Assembly (NCBI GenBank): GCA_964016885.1
Contig: OZ024765.1
Location: forward strand, 19,840,001 to 19,904,000
Source of the DNA: Eledone cirrhosa
Taxonomy: Eukaryota
Direction: 5' to 3'
Length of the DNA: 64,000 nucleotides
In this document: piece after piece, positions 1 to 12,686 of the stretch
Numbering within the stretch: position 1 is the stretch's first letter
How the letters are laid out: each line of letters opens with the position of its first letter
The notes under the pieces: generated by a model
What the model saw: only the letters and a program-made list of their open reading frames with translations
Databases searched by the model: none
Told to the model about the DNA's origin: nothing
Made by a program: the position numbers and the translations under genes

Positions 1-1340
1 GAGGTTTTCAAGGATGCAGTGTCTCCACAGCTAACAACTTATGCAGGGAGTTTGTTCCATGGAGGTTTTAAAGGATGCAGTGTCTTGACAGCTAACAACT
101 TATGCAGGGAGTTTGTTCCATGGAGGTTTTAAAGGATGCAGTGTCTTGACAGCTAACAACTGATGCAGGTAGTTTGTTCCATGGAGGTTTTCAAGGATGC
201 AGTGTCTCCACAGCTAACAACTTATGCAGGGAGTTTGTTCCATGGAGGTTTTAAAGGATGCAGTGTCTTGACAGCTAACAACTTATGCAGGGAGTTTGTT
301 CCATGGAGGTTTTAAAGGATGCAGTGTCTTGACAGCTAACAACTGATGCAGGTAGTTTGTTCCATGGAGGTTTTAAAGGATGCAGTGTCTTGACAGCTAA
401 CAACTTATGCAGGGAGTTTGTTCCATGGAGGTTTTAAAGGATGCAGTGTCTTGACAGCTAACAACTTATGCAGGTAGTTTGTTCCATGGAGGTTTTAAAG
501 GATGCAGTGTCTCAACAGCTAACAACTGATGCAGGTAGTTTGTTCCATGGAGGTTTTAAAGGATGCAGTGTCTCGACAGCTAACAACTGATGCAGGAAGT
601 TTGTTCCATGGAGGTTTTAAAGGATGCAGTGTCTCGACAGCTATCAACTGATGCAGGTAGTTTGTTCCATGGAGGTTTTAAAGGGTGCAGTGTCTCGACA
701 GCTAACAACTGATGCAGGGAGTTTGTTCCATGGAGGTTTTAAAGGATGCAGTGTCTCGACAGCTAACAACTGATGCAGGTAGTTTGTTCCATAGAGGTTT
801 TAAAGGATGCAGTGTCTCGACAGCTAACAACTGATGCAGGGAGTTTGTTCCATGGAGGTTTTAAAGGATGCAGTGTCTCGACAGCTAACAACTGATACAG
901 GTAGTTTGTTCCATGGAGGTTTTAAAGGATGCAGTGTCTCGACAGCTAACATCTGATGCAGGTAGTTTGTTCCATGGAGGTTTTAAAGGATGCAGTGTCT
1001 CGACAGCTAACAACTGATGCAGGGAGTTTATTCCATGGAGGTTTTAAAGGATGCAGTGTCTTGACAGCTAACGACTGATGCAGGGAGTTTGTTCCATGGA
1101 GGTTTTAAAGGATGCAGTGTCTCGACAGCTAACAACTGATGCAGGTAGTTTGTACCATGGAGGTTTTAAAGGATGCAGTGTCTCGACAGCTAACAACTGA
1201 TGCAGGTAGTTTGTTACATGGAGGTTTTAAAGGATGCAGTGTCTTGACAGCTAACAACTGATGCAGGTAGTTTGTTCCATGGAGGTTTTAAAGGATGCAG
1301 TGTCTCGACAGCTAACTACTGATGCAGGAAGTTTGTTCCA
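1..1340 (-). repeat. 61-bp minisatellite (about 22 copies, runs off window start) derived from a CR1/L2-type LINE ORF2 C-terminus
   Basis: Unit ggaggttttaaaggatgcagtgtctcgacagctaacaactgatgcaggtagtttgttccat; minus strand reads WNKLPASVVSCRDTASFKTS, matching the WNxLP..VV......FK motif at the end of CR1/L2 ORF2. Confidence 0.85.
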
Positions 1341-1735
1341 TCATTATTATCATCATCCTCATCATCATCAATATCATCACAATCATCATCATTATTTAAC
1401 ATCCATCTTCCCTGCTAGTAAGGGTTGGACAAGTCTTCACAGACTGAGTCACTACTCAAGAGGAACTATTGAACTCTCAGATGGGTCGGAGGCCTATATC
1501 TCACATTGTTGTACTCTATCCAATACATTTTATCATGGCATTAGCACAAGGTATGTTGTCATTTCTTTGACACAGCTGAAGTTTACCCCTGCTGAACCTT
1601 TGCTTGGCAGGTTTCGTATCACCAACCCCTTTACTTACTGTACTGGATGTGCTTATTATATCATCAACACTCACTAGGGAGTTTGTATAAAACTATTTGA
1701 CAGTCACATACTTTCTTATATAGCTCCCTATATAA

Positions 1736-1943
1736 GAAGGCGCGCGGCTGAGTGGTTAGAGAATTGGGTTCGCAATCGTGAGGTTGTGAGTTCGATTCCC
1801 GGACCGGGCGTTGCGTTATGTCCTTGGGCAAGACACTTTATTTCACGTTGCTCCTTCTACCTGGAGTTGCGACCGATAGATAGTATTAGAAATTGGAAAG
1901 ACCAACGGAAACATTGTTTCCTCGGTCCGATTTGACGAAAGTC
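1736..1943 (+). mobile_element. tRNA-derived SINE, family B
   Basis: A-box ggctgagtggtt and B-box gagttcgattcc, core ccttgggcaagacactttatttcac; near-identical copies at 6856, 7478 and 55213. Confidence 0.85.
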
Positions 1944-1988
1944 AGTTCAATAGAAAAATAGCTCCCTACATACATGGTTATAGATTTT

Positions 1989-2019
<31 letters not shown>

Positions 2020-2064
2020 GTGACGAAACATAAGTCAATTGCATGAACTCATAATCCTTTATTT

Positions 2065-2120
2065 ACTGCTATATATATTTCGATGATAGCCATTGAATGG
2101 CTATGACCTCATCAGGCAGT
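2065..2120 (-). ncRNA. Minimal type I hammerhead ribozyme motif (Penelope-like)
   Basis: Minus strand: actgc CTGATGA ggtcatagccattcaatggctatcatc GAAA tatatata gcagt; perfect 5-bp stem I, stem II hairpin, helix III with palindromic AUAU loop, AUA cleavage triplet. Confidence 0.8.
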
Positions 2121-2186
2121 TAGTCAGTTTTTATATATGCCAGCTCTGTGTTTATAGTGTTGATGGTATCAGAGCCTTGGGACATA

Positions 2187-2220
<34 letters not shown>

Positions 2221-2736
2221 CAAGTACATATATATATAATCAAGGGACATATCTATATATATATATATATATATATAATCAAGTACATATATATATATAA
2301 TCAAGGGATATATATATATATATATATATAATCAAGTACAAAGAGGGTGTCGTGAGATACCAGATGGACCATAACGCACCAGAGTACTCAATACTTAGGG
2401 TAGTAGAGTGGGTAATATGAAAAGTGTCAGGACCCCGACGGCTGAGCTCTTGCCGTTTCAACATTATATAGATGTAAAAATTAGCTTTTAAATCATTTTC
2501 AATTCCTTACACAATTCCTTATCTTTGTTACACACACTCACACACACACACATGCATATATGTATATATATACACACACACTATGTTAAGCTATCAAAAC
2601 ATATATGTATGATGACCTTATTTCTTAGTAAATAAGCTCAGTGGACGTTGTTTCTCAAACAATGTGTGACGCTTTCTCTCTCTTTAAACATATCTTTTAA
2701 ATTTGAATTATATATATCAACACAATATATATATGT

Positions 2737-3025
2737 ATCATCATCATTTCATTTTACGTCCGCTTTTTCCCTGCTTGCAAGGGTGGGACGGGAACTGATT
2801 CTGGCTTGATTTCTACAGCTGGATGCCCTTCCTAACACCAACCTCATTTACAGTGAGTGCTGGGTGTTTTTTTGCCGTGGCCCTTCACGACCACTTTGCA
2901 GTGGAATGATAGGGACCCCATAAAGTGTCTTGCTCAAGGAAACAACACATCACCCGGTCTGAGAATTGAACTCACAACCTTTCGATTGTAAGGCCAATGC
3001 TCTAACCACTAAGCCATGTGTCTCC
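2737..3025 (-). mobile_element. tRNA-derived SINE, family A (internally deleted copy)
   Basis: Matches full copies at 3867 and 45758; (ATG)n tail; lacks about 55 nt of the middle. Confidence 0.85.
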
Positions 3026-3414
3026 ATATATTTATATATAAGTTTATCCCGGATTCAATCGGGGGTAACCACACTAAGTAAAGTACTCAATACATAGTAG
3101 AGTATAAATATTTAATATAGAAATGGCTTCTACAGGACTAGAACTGTTTCATTCGGGTAGAAATCAGGCTCGTCGCACCAATCAGAATTACAGTCTGCAT
3201 ATAGATATATATATAAGAATAGAAAAAGATGACGAATAATACATACACACATATACACACACACACATATTTACACATAAAATAACAACATATAAAAAAA
3301 ATATATATGATAAAATATAAATAATAAATAATAAAAAAAATAAAATACAAAGAAAACGTTACAATGCTAGGCCATGCAAATTACTTGCACAGATATACAA
3401 ATATATATACACAC

Positions 3415-3459
<45 letters not shown>

Positions 3460-3539
3460 CATACACACCCATATACATACACACGTGCATATATGTCACA
3501 GTAAATGAATATACAAAAAAACCATGTATATATATATAT

Positions 3540-3842
3540 ATGAGAGAGAAACTGTGTCTGAGAGGGATAGAATGTAGTGTACGGGAGAGGAGACTGGGGT
3601 GGTATGGACATGTGATGCGCATGGAGGATGACCGATGGGTGAAGAAGTGCCAGGAAATGCCAGTTGAAGGAAGACGTGGTAGAGGTAGACCACGAAAAAC
3701 ATGGACGGAGGTGGTGAGAGCAGACCTCAGATCACCGAGGAGATGACGAAGGACCGTGACAAGTGGAGAGATGCTGTGTTGAATAGGACCCATCCCACCC
3801 TTGCAAGCAGGGAAAAGCGTACATAAAATGATGATGATGATT
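3540..3842 (+). mobile_element. RTE-clade LINE 3' end (5'-truncated)
   Basis: REKLCLRGIECSVRERRLGWYGHVMRMEDDRWVKKC...GRRGRGRPRKTW, typical RTE ORF2 C-terminus, followed by (ATG)n tail. Confidence 0.85.
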
Positions 3843-3866
3843 ATATATATATTATATATATATATA

Positions 3867-4213
3867 TCATCATCATCATCATCATTTCATTTTACGTCCG
3901 CTTTTTCCCTGCTTGCAAGGGTGGGACAGGAACTGATTCTGGCTTGATTTCTACAGCTGGATGCCCTTCCTAACACCAACCTCATTTACAGTGAGTGCTG
4001 GGTGCTTTTTTTCCGTGGCACCTCCACGGCCACTTTGCAGTGGAATGATAGGGACCCCAGTCCCTATCATCTCATTTCTACAGCTGAGTAAACTGGAGCA
4101 ATGTGAAATAAAGTCTCTTGCTCAAGGAAACAACACATCACCCGGTCTGAGAATTGAACTCACAACCTTTCGATTGCAGGGTCAATGCTCTAACCACTAA
4201 GCCATATGCCTCC
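3867..4213 (-). mobile_element. tRNA-derived SINE, family A
   Basis: Head ggaggcatatggcttagtggttagagca with A/B boxes, 3' tail shared with RTE LINE, (ATG)n end. Confidence 0.9.
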
Positions 4214-4357
4214 ATATATATATATATTCTGTGTGTGTATTATATATAATAACAAATTTTACCGATGTTTTGAGAAAACTAAACCAAAAAAAGATAGAAA
4301 ATGGAATAATTTTTCTTATTTCTTGTCTTTCTTAAAGTTGCCAAACCAAGATACAAG

Positions 4358-4541
4358 ATGGAAGTGAAGCTGAGAGTCAGTAAAAAATATATAGTTTCCA
4401 GTGTTATTAACAAATTCCTGTTAATAGCACTAGCTTGTTATATGTCAGTGTTGTTGTTTACAACACCAACAACAGCAACATCAACCCTACCACCAAACCT
4501 ATCGACCACTGCCAAGCCAACAACGGAACCACCTTCAAAAT
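4358..4541 (+). CDS. PTTG1IP: PTTG1-interacting protein (PBF)-like, coding exon 1: signal peptide and Thr/Pro-rich stalk
   Basis: MEVKLRVSKKYIVSSVINKFLLIALACYMSVLLFTTPTTATSTLPPNLSTTAKPTTEPPSK then gtaagt donor at 4542 (phase 1, compatible with exon at 38065); pyrimidine tract + aag acceptor at 4337 suggests an upstream 5'UTR exon. Confidence 0.72.
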
Positions 4542-4576
4542 GTAAGTATTTTAATTAAATATACTTTTCAATTTAA

Positions 4577-5522
4577 GCGTGACAACTTACTGCAGGCCAC
4601 TGAAGAAACTTGTGGCTGAGGCAGAGCTCCAACCAGACAGAGAGTGACCTGGTGGTGGAACAACACGGTAGATAGGGCCATTAGAGACAAAAGACTGGCA
4701 TGGAAGGCTTGGGAAAATGGTGGGAGTAGAGACAGATATACGGCCGCTAAGAGAGAAGCTAGACGTCAGGTGTACTTAGCACGCAGGGAGGCTGAGAGTA
4801 GGAGGTTTGCCAATGTTCTGCGACGGGAAGATCACAGATGTGCAGTGTTCCACATTGCAAGGCAGTGTGTCAGTGTAAATCAGGATGTTGTTGGATATAA
4901 GTGTGTCCAGAATGATGCCGGTGTACTTTGTGTCACGAATGAAAAAAAAAAAAAGAAGCCTGGAAATGTCATTATGAGAGGCTGATGAATGTGGAGAATG
5001 AATGGGAGAGAGAGAAATTACCCTCAGTAGATCCGACAGAGGGACCAGCTATTGAGATTGACTAATATAGGGTACAAGAGGCAATTAAGGAAATGAAGAA
5101 TGGTAAGGCTACTGGACCGTTGGAGATAGTTGCTGAGATGCTGAAGGCATCAGGAGAAGTAGGCACTAAACTGGTTGCACGCATCATCAATCAAGCTATA
5201 TATGGTGGTGTCATACCCAAAGACTGGTGTAGCAGTATTCTCATAAATTGCTACAAAGGTAAAGGGGATGCTCTGGAGAGGAGCAATTATAGGGGCATAA
5301 AGCTGATGGATCAGGTTATGAAAGTGGCAGAAAGGATTTTAGCACAACTAATTAGAGAAAGGGTCAAATTAGATGAGATGCAGTTTGGTTTTGTGCCTGG
5401 GAAAAGTACAACAGATGCCCTCTTCTTAGTGAGGCAACTATAAGAGAGGTTCTTAGATAAGAATAAGCCACTATACTTAGCTTTTGTTGACCTAGAGAAG
5501 GCCTTTGATAGGGCACCCTGAT
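4577..5522 (+). mobile_element. RTE-clade LINE ORF2 (RT) fragment, disrupted
   Basis: TWWWN...MKNGKATGP..IVAEMLK...YKGKGDALERSNYRGIKLM...QFGFVPGKSTTDALFLVRQL with frameshift and stops. Confidence 0.9.
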
Positions 5523-5654
5523 CTATCACACACACTCACATGCTTGTGAAAAAAAAATAATATATATGTATGTATGTATACACACACACATATATATATA
5601 TATATATATTAGAATATAAATATTAATAAAATAGATGTTCTTTTGATCAATTAC

Positions 5655-5707
5655 ATTTTATTATATATATTTCGGATGTAAAACAGTACGTCCTCATCAG
5701 ACAAAAT
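5655..5707 (-). ncRNA. Minimal hammerhead ribozyme motif
   Basis: Minus: attttgt CTGATGA ggacgtactgttttacatcc GAAA tatatata ataaaat. Confidence 0.75.
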
Positions 5708-5790
5708 ATAATGATACATGACATACCCTGAGATGTTAAATGGTTAAATCTTAACCATTTAACATCTCAGGGTATGTCATGTATCATTAT

Positions 5791-5843
5791 ATTTTGTCTG
5801 ATGAGGACGTACTATTTTACATCCGAAATATATATAATAAAAT
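5791..5843 (+). ncRNA. Minimal hammerhead ribozyme motif
   Basis: attttgt CTGATGA ggacgtactattttacatcc GAAA tatatata ataaaat; stem I 7 bp with one G-U, stem II ggacgta/tacatcc. Confidence 0.75.
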
Positions 5844-6009
5844 GTAATTGATCAAAAGAACATCTATTTTATTAATATTTATATTCTAATATTAATAACT
5901 CAGGAAAATTATTTTCCCGTAGAGTGCTTCCTATCTACTGTAAAACTCATTCTTTGATATACTCATTGAATTTTGTTTAACTCTTCAATATATATATATA
6001 TATATCGTA

Positions 6010-6130
6010 ATTTAATATTGAAATGGCTTCTACAGGATTAGAACTGTTTCATTGCTATGAAATCATCCTGATGATTTCATACGAATGAAACAGCTCTGGT
6101 CCTGTAGAAGCTATTTCAATGTTAAATTTC
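6010..6130. repeat. Imperfect inverted repeat with degenerate hammerhead-like core
   Basis: attgaaatggcttctacagga...tcctgtagaagctatttcaat arms; CTGATGA tttcatacgaat GAAA cagct in right arm; related single copy at about 3110-3170. Confidence 0.6.
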
Positions 6131-6434
6131 ATTGTTGTCACTCTACTTATGTATTGGTTACCTTATTTACTGTAGTTACTTCTGATTTCTCTCAGGATCT
6201 ACACACACACACACACATATGTCTATGTAACTGTCCATAAGTCTATTTACATATATCTATTTATCTATTTATCTATCTACCTACCTATCTACCTATCTAT
6301 CTACATACCTGTCTAACTACTTGCCTACCTGCTTGTCTTTATCTAACTATCTAACTATCTACGTACCTGCCCTGCCACCTCTCTATTTTCCACCTATCAA
6401 TATGTCAGTGTGTTTGCTTATTGCTCTATTTATG

Positions 6435-6466
<32 letters not shown>

Positions 6467-6818
6467 AGCGAAAATGGCCCGAGTGATTGGGCCTTCTCTG
6501 TTTATAAGCCTGTAGGTTGAGGAAGAGAGCAAAAGGAAGAAAGGAGCACTTGCACAACACGCTTCTCGAGTTGAGGGTTGTTCTATCGACGGGGTATTAA
6601 ACAACCCATTTGTGGCGCCTCCCCCTATTGGGGATTTCGATTGTTGAAATTGTTTGTTTTTATATTTTTTACACGACTGTATGTAAAATCCCCGGCATGT
6701 CTTTGTATTGTCCCCTTTCTTGTTGCGCCCTTGTGGCTAATAAAGAAATCTATCTATCTATCTATCTATCTTGGACAACTACATATATAGTGTCTATATA
6801 GTGTATATATTATATATA

Positions 6819-6853
<35 letters not shown>

Positions 6854-6855
6854 GT

Positions 6856-7070
6856 GAAGGCGTGTGGCTGAGTGGTTAGAGAATTGGATTCGCAATCGTA
6901 AGGTTGTGAGTTCGATTCCTGGACCGGGCGATGCTTTATGTCCTTGAGCAAGACACTTTATTTCACGTTGCTCCTTCTACCTGGAGTTGCGTCCGATAGA
7001 TAGTATTAGCAATTGGAAAGACCAACGGAAACATTGTTCCCTCGGTCCGATTTGACGAAAGTCGATCGTT
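6856..7070 (+). mobile_element. tRNA-derived SINE, family B
   Basis: Near-identical to 1736-1943. Confidence 0.85.
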
Positions 7071-7089
7071 CCTTTATTTATATATATAT

Positions 7090-8620
7090 ACTATATGTAG
7101 TGGATATATAGTGGATATATAGTGGATATATAGTGTATATATAGTGGATATATAGTGGATATATAGTGGATATATAGTGTATATATTACATATATGTTGT
7201 GATGTCACTGGTACCAAGCTGTATTAGCCATTGTCTTTCCATTGGACAACATCATATATAGTGTATATATAGTGGATATATAGTGTATATATAGTGGATA
7301 TATAGTGTATATATAGTGGATATATAGTGTATATATAGTGGATATATAGTGTATATATAGTGGATATGTAGTGTATATATAGTGGATATATAGTGTATAT
7401 ATAGTGTGTATATATAGTGGATATGTAGTGTATATATATAGTGGATATATAGTGTATATATAGTGTATATATCATTAATCGATCGACTTTCAAAAATCGG
7501 ACTGAGGAAACAATGTTTCCATCGGTCTTTCCAGTTGCTAATACTATCTATCGGTCGCAACTCCAGGTAGAAGGAGCAACGTGAAATAAAGTGTCTTGCT
7601 CAAGGACATAACGCATCGCCTGGTCCAGGAATCGAACTCACAACCTCAAGATTGTGAATCCAATTCTCTAACCACTCAGCCACACGCCTTCACAAGTGTA
7701 TATATATAGTGTATATATAGTGGATATATAGTGTATATATAGTGGATATATAGTGTATATATAGTGTATATATAGTGTATATATAGTGTATATATAGTGG
7801 ATATGTAGTGTATATATAGTGTATATATAGTGTATATATAGTGTATATATAGTGGATATGTAGTGTATATATAGTGGATATATAGTGTATATATAGTGGA
7901 TATATAGTGTATATATAGTGTATATATAGTGGATATGTAGTGTATATATAGTGGATATATAGTGGATATATAGTGGATATATAGTGTATATATAGTGTAT
8001 ATATAGTGGATATATAGTGGATATATAGTGTATATATAGTGGATATATAGTGTATATATAGTGTATATATAGTGGATATATAGTGGATATATAGTGTATA
8101 TATAGTGGATATGTAGTGGATATATAGTGGATATATAGTGTATATATAGTGGATATATAGTGTATATATAGTGTATATATAGTGGATATATAGTGTATAT
8201 ATAGTGTATATATAGTGTATATATAGTGTATATATAGTGGATATGTAGTGTATATATAGTGGATATATAGTGTATATATAGTGTATATATAGTGTATATA
8301 TAGTGGATATGTAGTGTATATATAGTGGATATATAGTGTATATATAGTGTATATATAGTGGATATATAGTGTATATATAGTGGATATGTAGTGTATATAT
8401 AGTGTATATATAGTGTATATATAGTGTATATATAGTGTATATATAGTGTATATATAGTGGATATGTAGTGTATATATAGTGGATATATAGTGGATATATA
8501 GTGTATATATAGTGTATATATAGTGTATATATAGTGGATATGTAGTGTATATATAGTGGATATGTAGTGTATATATAGTGGATATATAGTGTATATATAG
8601 TGTATATATATATAGTGTAT
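7090..8620. repeat. 11-bp minisatellite (tatatagtgKa)n, interrupted by a SINE
   Basis: Direct reading; same unit resumes at 9640-10100. Confidence 0.95.
7478..7691 (-). mobile_element. tRNA-derived SINE, family B
   Basis: Reverse complement of 6856-7070. Confidence 0.85.
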
Positions 8621-9638
8621 TTGTCACCAAAACTATGTCGTCGGCAAATTCAGCATTAGATACCTTTTTCGCCTTAACTCTTCTGCTCTGAGCCGGTGCT
8701 ACATTAAAGCCAGAGTCCTGGTGTTTCTCCAGTACAAGGCGCATACAATAGTCCACGACGATGATAAAAAGGTAGGGAGCCAATGTATCTCCCTGGAGCA
8801 CTCCAGCCAGTGTCTCAAAGAACTCTGTCATCCCATCAGGTGTAATGACTTGGGCTTTGGTGTTGGTGTAGAGCAGTGATATCAGGTCCACTATAGTTTT
8901 GGTGACAAATACAGTGAAGGAGGCAGAGGATTTGATGCGGGAGGTTGAGACTGTGTCGATGAGTGTGGGGCTGAGAATGAATGAGACTAAAAAAAATATC
9001 TGGTAGAGAATGTTGAGAAGCCAGAGGGGATCACTAATGTAGGCAGGAAGCCGCTAGAATTGTTTGAGGGCTTCCTGTATTTGGGAGCAAAGATTGGGAA
9101 TACGGAAGATGATGTAGTTGAGAGGAAGAGCAAGGCCTGGGCGGCGTGTCACAGCTTGAGATCGGTGTGGAAGTCGGACCTTCGTAAAGACCTGAAAATC
9201 CCCCCCTTCATTGCTGTAGTGGAGTCTGTGCTGCTGTACGGGTCTGAGACTTGGACACTGACCAAGAAACTCACCCAGATGATGGATGGGTGCTACACGA
9301 GAATGCTGAGGATGGCTCTGAACATTAATCAGTATACACTGAGGATGAAAAACTCAGAGCTGTATGGGAGCCTCCCAAAAGTCAGCTCAAAAGTGACACA
9401 GAGGAGACTGAGGTTAGCTGGACATGCTCACCGACATCCAGAGTTGACATTGCACTCAGTGCTCCTGTGGGAGCCCCTACATGGACGCACTGGAAGAGGA
9501 AGACCAAGGTTAACATATGTTGATGCCCTAAGGACAGACACTGGTCTGTTGGAGATGCAGGATATGGCAGCGATAATGAGGGACAGAGACCGCTGGAGAG
9601 AACTCGTCCATGGATCTCGGGAATTTTACCCGCCCTAG
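8616..9638 (+). mobile_element. RTE-like LINE 3' portion with inverted 5' segment (8616-8891 minus; 8893-9638 plus)
   Basis: Minus part encodes GVLQGDTLAPYLF...EFADDIVLVTNT; plus part continues IVLVTNTVKEAE...FLYLG...LLYGSETWTLT...RRLRLAGH...GRPRLTY. Confidence 0.9.
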
Positions 9639-9639
9639 A

Positions 9640-10100
9640 AATATATAATGTATATATATAGTGTATATATATATAGTGTATATATAGTGTATATACAGTG
9701 TATATGTAGTGTATATATATATATAGTGTATATGTAGTGTATATATAGTGGATATATAGTGGATATATAGTGGATATATAGTGTATATCTAGTGTATATA
9801 TATAGTGGATATATAGTGGATATGTAGTGGATATGTAGTGTATATATATAGTGTGTATATATATATATAGTGTATATATAGTATATATATAGTGTATATA
9901 TATATAGTGTATATATAGTATATATATAGTGGATATATAGTGTATATATAGTATATATATAGTGGATATGTAGTGTATATATAGTGTATATGTAGTGTAT
10001 ATATAGTGGATATATAGTGGATATATAGTATATATACAGTGTATATACAGTGTATATATAGTGTATATATAGTGCATATATAGTGTATATATAGTGGATA
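9640..10100. repeat. 11-bp minisatellite (tatatagtgKa)n
   Basis: Direct reading. Confidence 0.9.
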
Positions 10101-10187
10101 TATTACATATACGTTGTGATATTACTGTTACCAAGCTGTATCAGCCATTGTCTTTCCCTTTGATAACATCAGTGGCGTGGAGAGGTG

Positions 10188-10815
10188 TGACTGGTATACA
10201 TGGGAGACTGGTATACACGGGGGACTGGTATACATGGGTGACTGATATATACATGGAGGGTCTGGTATACATGGGAGACTGGTATACATGGAGGACTGGT
10301 ATACATTTGAGACTGGGAGACTGGTATACATGGGTGACTGATATATACATGGAGGGTCTGGTATACATGGGAGACTGGTATACATGGAGGACTGGTATAC
10401 ATTTGAGACTGGGAGACTGGTATACATGGGTGACTGATATATACATGGAGGGTCTGGTATACATGGGGGACTGGTATATGTGGGAGATCGGTATACATAG
10501 GAGACTGGTATACATGGGGGACTGCTATACATTGGAGACTGGTATACATGGGAGACTGGTATACATGGAGGACTGGTATACATGGGAGACTGGTATACAT
10601 GAGGGACTGGTATACATGGGAGACTGGTATACATGGGGGACTGGTATACATGGAGGGTCTGGTATACACGGGGGACTGGTATACATGGGGGACTGCTGTA
10701 CATGGGAGACTGGTATACATGGAAGACTGGTATACACAGGGGACTGGTATACATGGGGGGTCTGGTATACATGGTGGGAGACTGATATACATGGGGGGGG
10801 TCTGGTATACATGGT
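10188..10815. repeat. 17-18-bp minisatellite (ggagactggtatacatg)n with local higher-order triplication
   Basis: Direct reading. Confidence 0.9.
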
Positions 10816-10919
10816 CTTCCACAAACAACCTTGTCCAGACTTGTGCCTCAGAGGGGAACTTTCTAGGTGGAAATTACATGGTCATTTGTGACTGAAGGGG
10901 GGTGGACAGTAACTCTTTA

Positions 10920-10984
<65 letters not shown>

Positions 10985-11018
10985 ACCTAACCTAACCTAA
11001 CCTAACCTAACCTAACCT
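10920..11018. repeat. (CA)n followed by (CCTAA)7
   Basis: Direct reading. Confidence 0.95.
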
Positions 11019-11214
11019 ATATACACTCACACATGAGTATAAATATGTGTGTATATATATAGTTATATAATTGTTTCTACTTTTGGCACAAGGCCAGCAA
11101 TTACCCCAGTACATTACTGGTACTTTATTTTATCGACCCCGTAAGGATGAAACGCAAAGTTATATAATATACAATGATATTAATAAATGGAAACTATATT
11201 TATAAAACCATATT

Positions 11215-11276
11215 TATTCTATTATATATATTTCAAGGGTACCAAAACCTAGGGTACGCGCTCATCAGATAAAATA
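11215..11276 (-). ncRNA. Minimal hammerhead ribozyme motif
   Basis: Minus: tattttat CTGATGA gcgcgtaccctaggttttggtaccctt GAAA tatatata atagaata. Confidence 0.65.
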
Positions 11277-11347
11277 CAAAGTTTGTTTTATAAATAGTGA
11301 CATATCCAGCAATGAGACCTTGACAGTTCAAGTTCCGTGTGGATAGT

Positions 11348-11379
<32 letters not shown>

Positions 11380-11843
11380 TCTGCAGTGCTGAGACCAGGG
11401 AGACAACTAATCTTGGGAGTACTCAATACATGTAGAGATGTAGAGTGGGTATAGATATGTCACATCCTGACCTGGGATTTTACATATCTAATATATATCT
11501 TATTCTACTTCCTGTTTCCTCCTCCCCTCTCTCTCTCTCATTCTTGTCCTCTCTCTCTCTCTCTCTCTCATTCTTGTCCTCTCTCTCTCTCTCTCATTCT
11601 TGTCCTCTCTCTCTCTCTCTCTCATTCTTGTCTCTCTCTCTCTCTCTCTCTCATTCTTGTCCACTCTCATTGTTGTCCTCAATCTCTCTCTCTCTCTCTC
11701 TCTCATGCCCTCTCTCTCACTCTCTATCTCTCTCTCACATTCTTGTCCTCTCTTTCTCTCACACACCAAAAGTCCCCACCGTGGGTAAAAAGCCCAGCTT
11801 CTTAATAAACAATGATGATGATATCATAGCTTGTACAGTTTCT

Positions 11844-11997
<154 letters not shown>

Positions 11998-12083
11998 AAT
12001 AAAGGAAGGTCTGTGGGACTGTGTACTATTTATTTATTTTTTTACCCCGTTTGTAAAATAAGTTGGATTACTTTGAATAAATA

Positions 12084-12275
12084 ATTGTTTCTACTTTAGG
12101 CACAAGGCCAGCAATTATCCCAGTGCATTGCTGGTACTTTATTTTATCGACCCCGTAAGGATGAAAGGCAAAGTTAACCTCAGCGGGATTTGAACTCAGA
12201 TCACAAAGGGAGGTAACTCTATGCTTCAAAGCATGGTGCCTGACCCTCTACCGATACTGCCAATCCACCGCCCTT
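12084..12275 (-). mobile_element. tRNA-derived SINE, family C
   Basis: Contains ctggtactttattttatcgaccccgtaaggatgaaaggcaaagtt; further copies near 11068, 14052-14520, 20205, 26707, 60673. Confidence 0.8.
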
Positions 12276-12686
12276 TGAATAAATAATGAATGAATATTAC
12301 ATAATTTATCTACTAAATTTCGTGGCTGTTGATTAAATATATTTGGTTTATTTGAAGATTCACTTCTTTAAAATTTCTGAAATGTCAACACTTCCGGTTG
12401 GCGATCGCTTAAATAAACATTCATATATTTCTGTCACTAATTTTTTCCTAATGCAGTTTATATATAATATCGTCTTTTTTAATGTATCATGGATTACGTT
12501 ACTGATTACATAAGACAGTGTAACACAGTCTTTGTTCAATTTCTGTGTATATTGTCAATTATGATTTTATTTGATGTATCATATCTACATGTATATATAC
12601 TTGCGTATAATATCAATATACACACTACACAGGCTAGCAGAAAACCACTGGAAGGGTGGTTTTTCTGCTAGTGTATATAGTAGAGT

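Larger units (their letters stand above)
5608..5890. repeat. Near-perfect palindrome (about 140-bp arms, 3-nt loop at 5748-5750) carrying a hammerhead motif in each arm
   Basis: Arms read directly as reverse complements: ...ccctgagatgttaaatggttaa atc ttaaccatttaacatctcaggg... Confidence 0.95.

Noticed and set aside
1736-1810. tRNA-like sequence
   Set aside because: SINE head; continues into SINE body and lacks a full acceptor stem
3961-4200. Recurrent 79-aa ORF (MPFLTPTSFTVSAG...) seen several times
   Set aside because: Antisense reading of SINE family A, not a gene family
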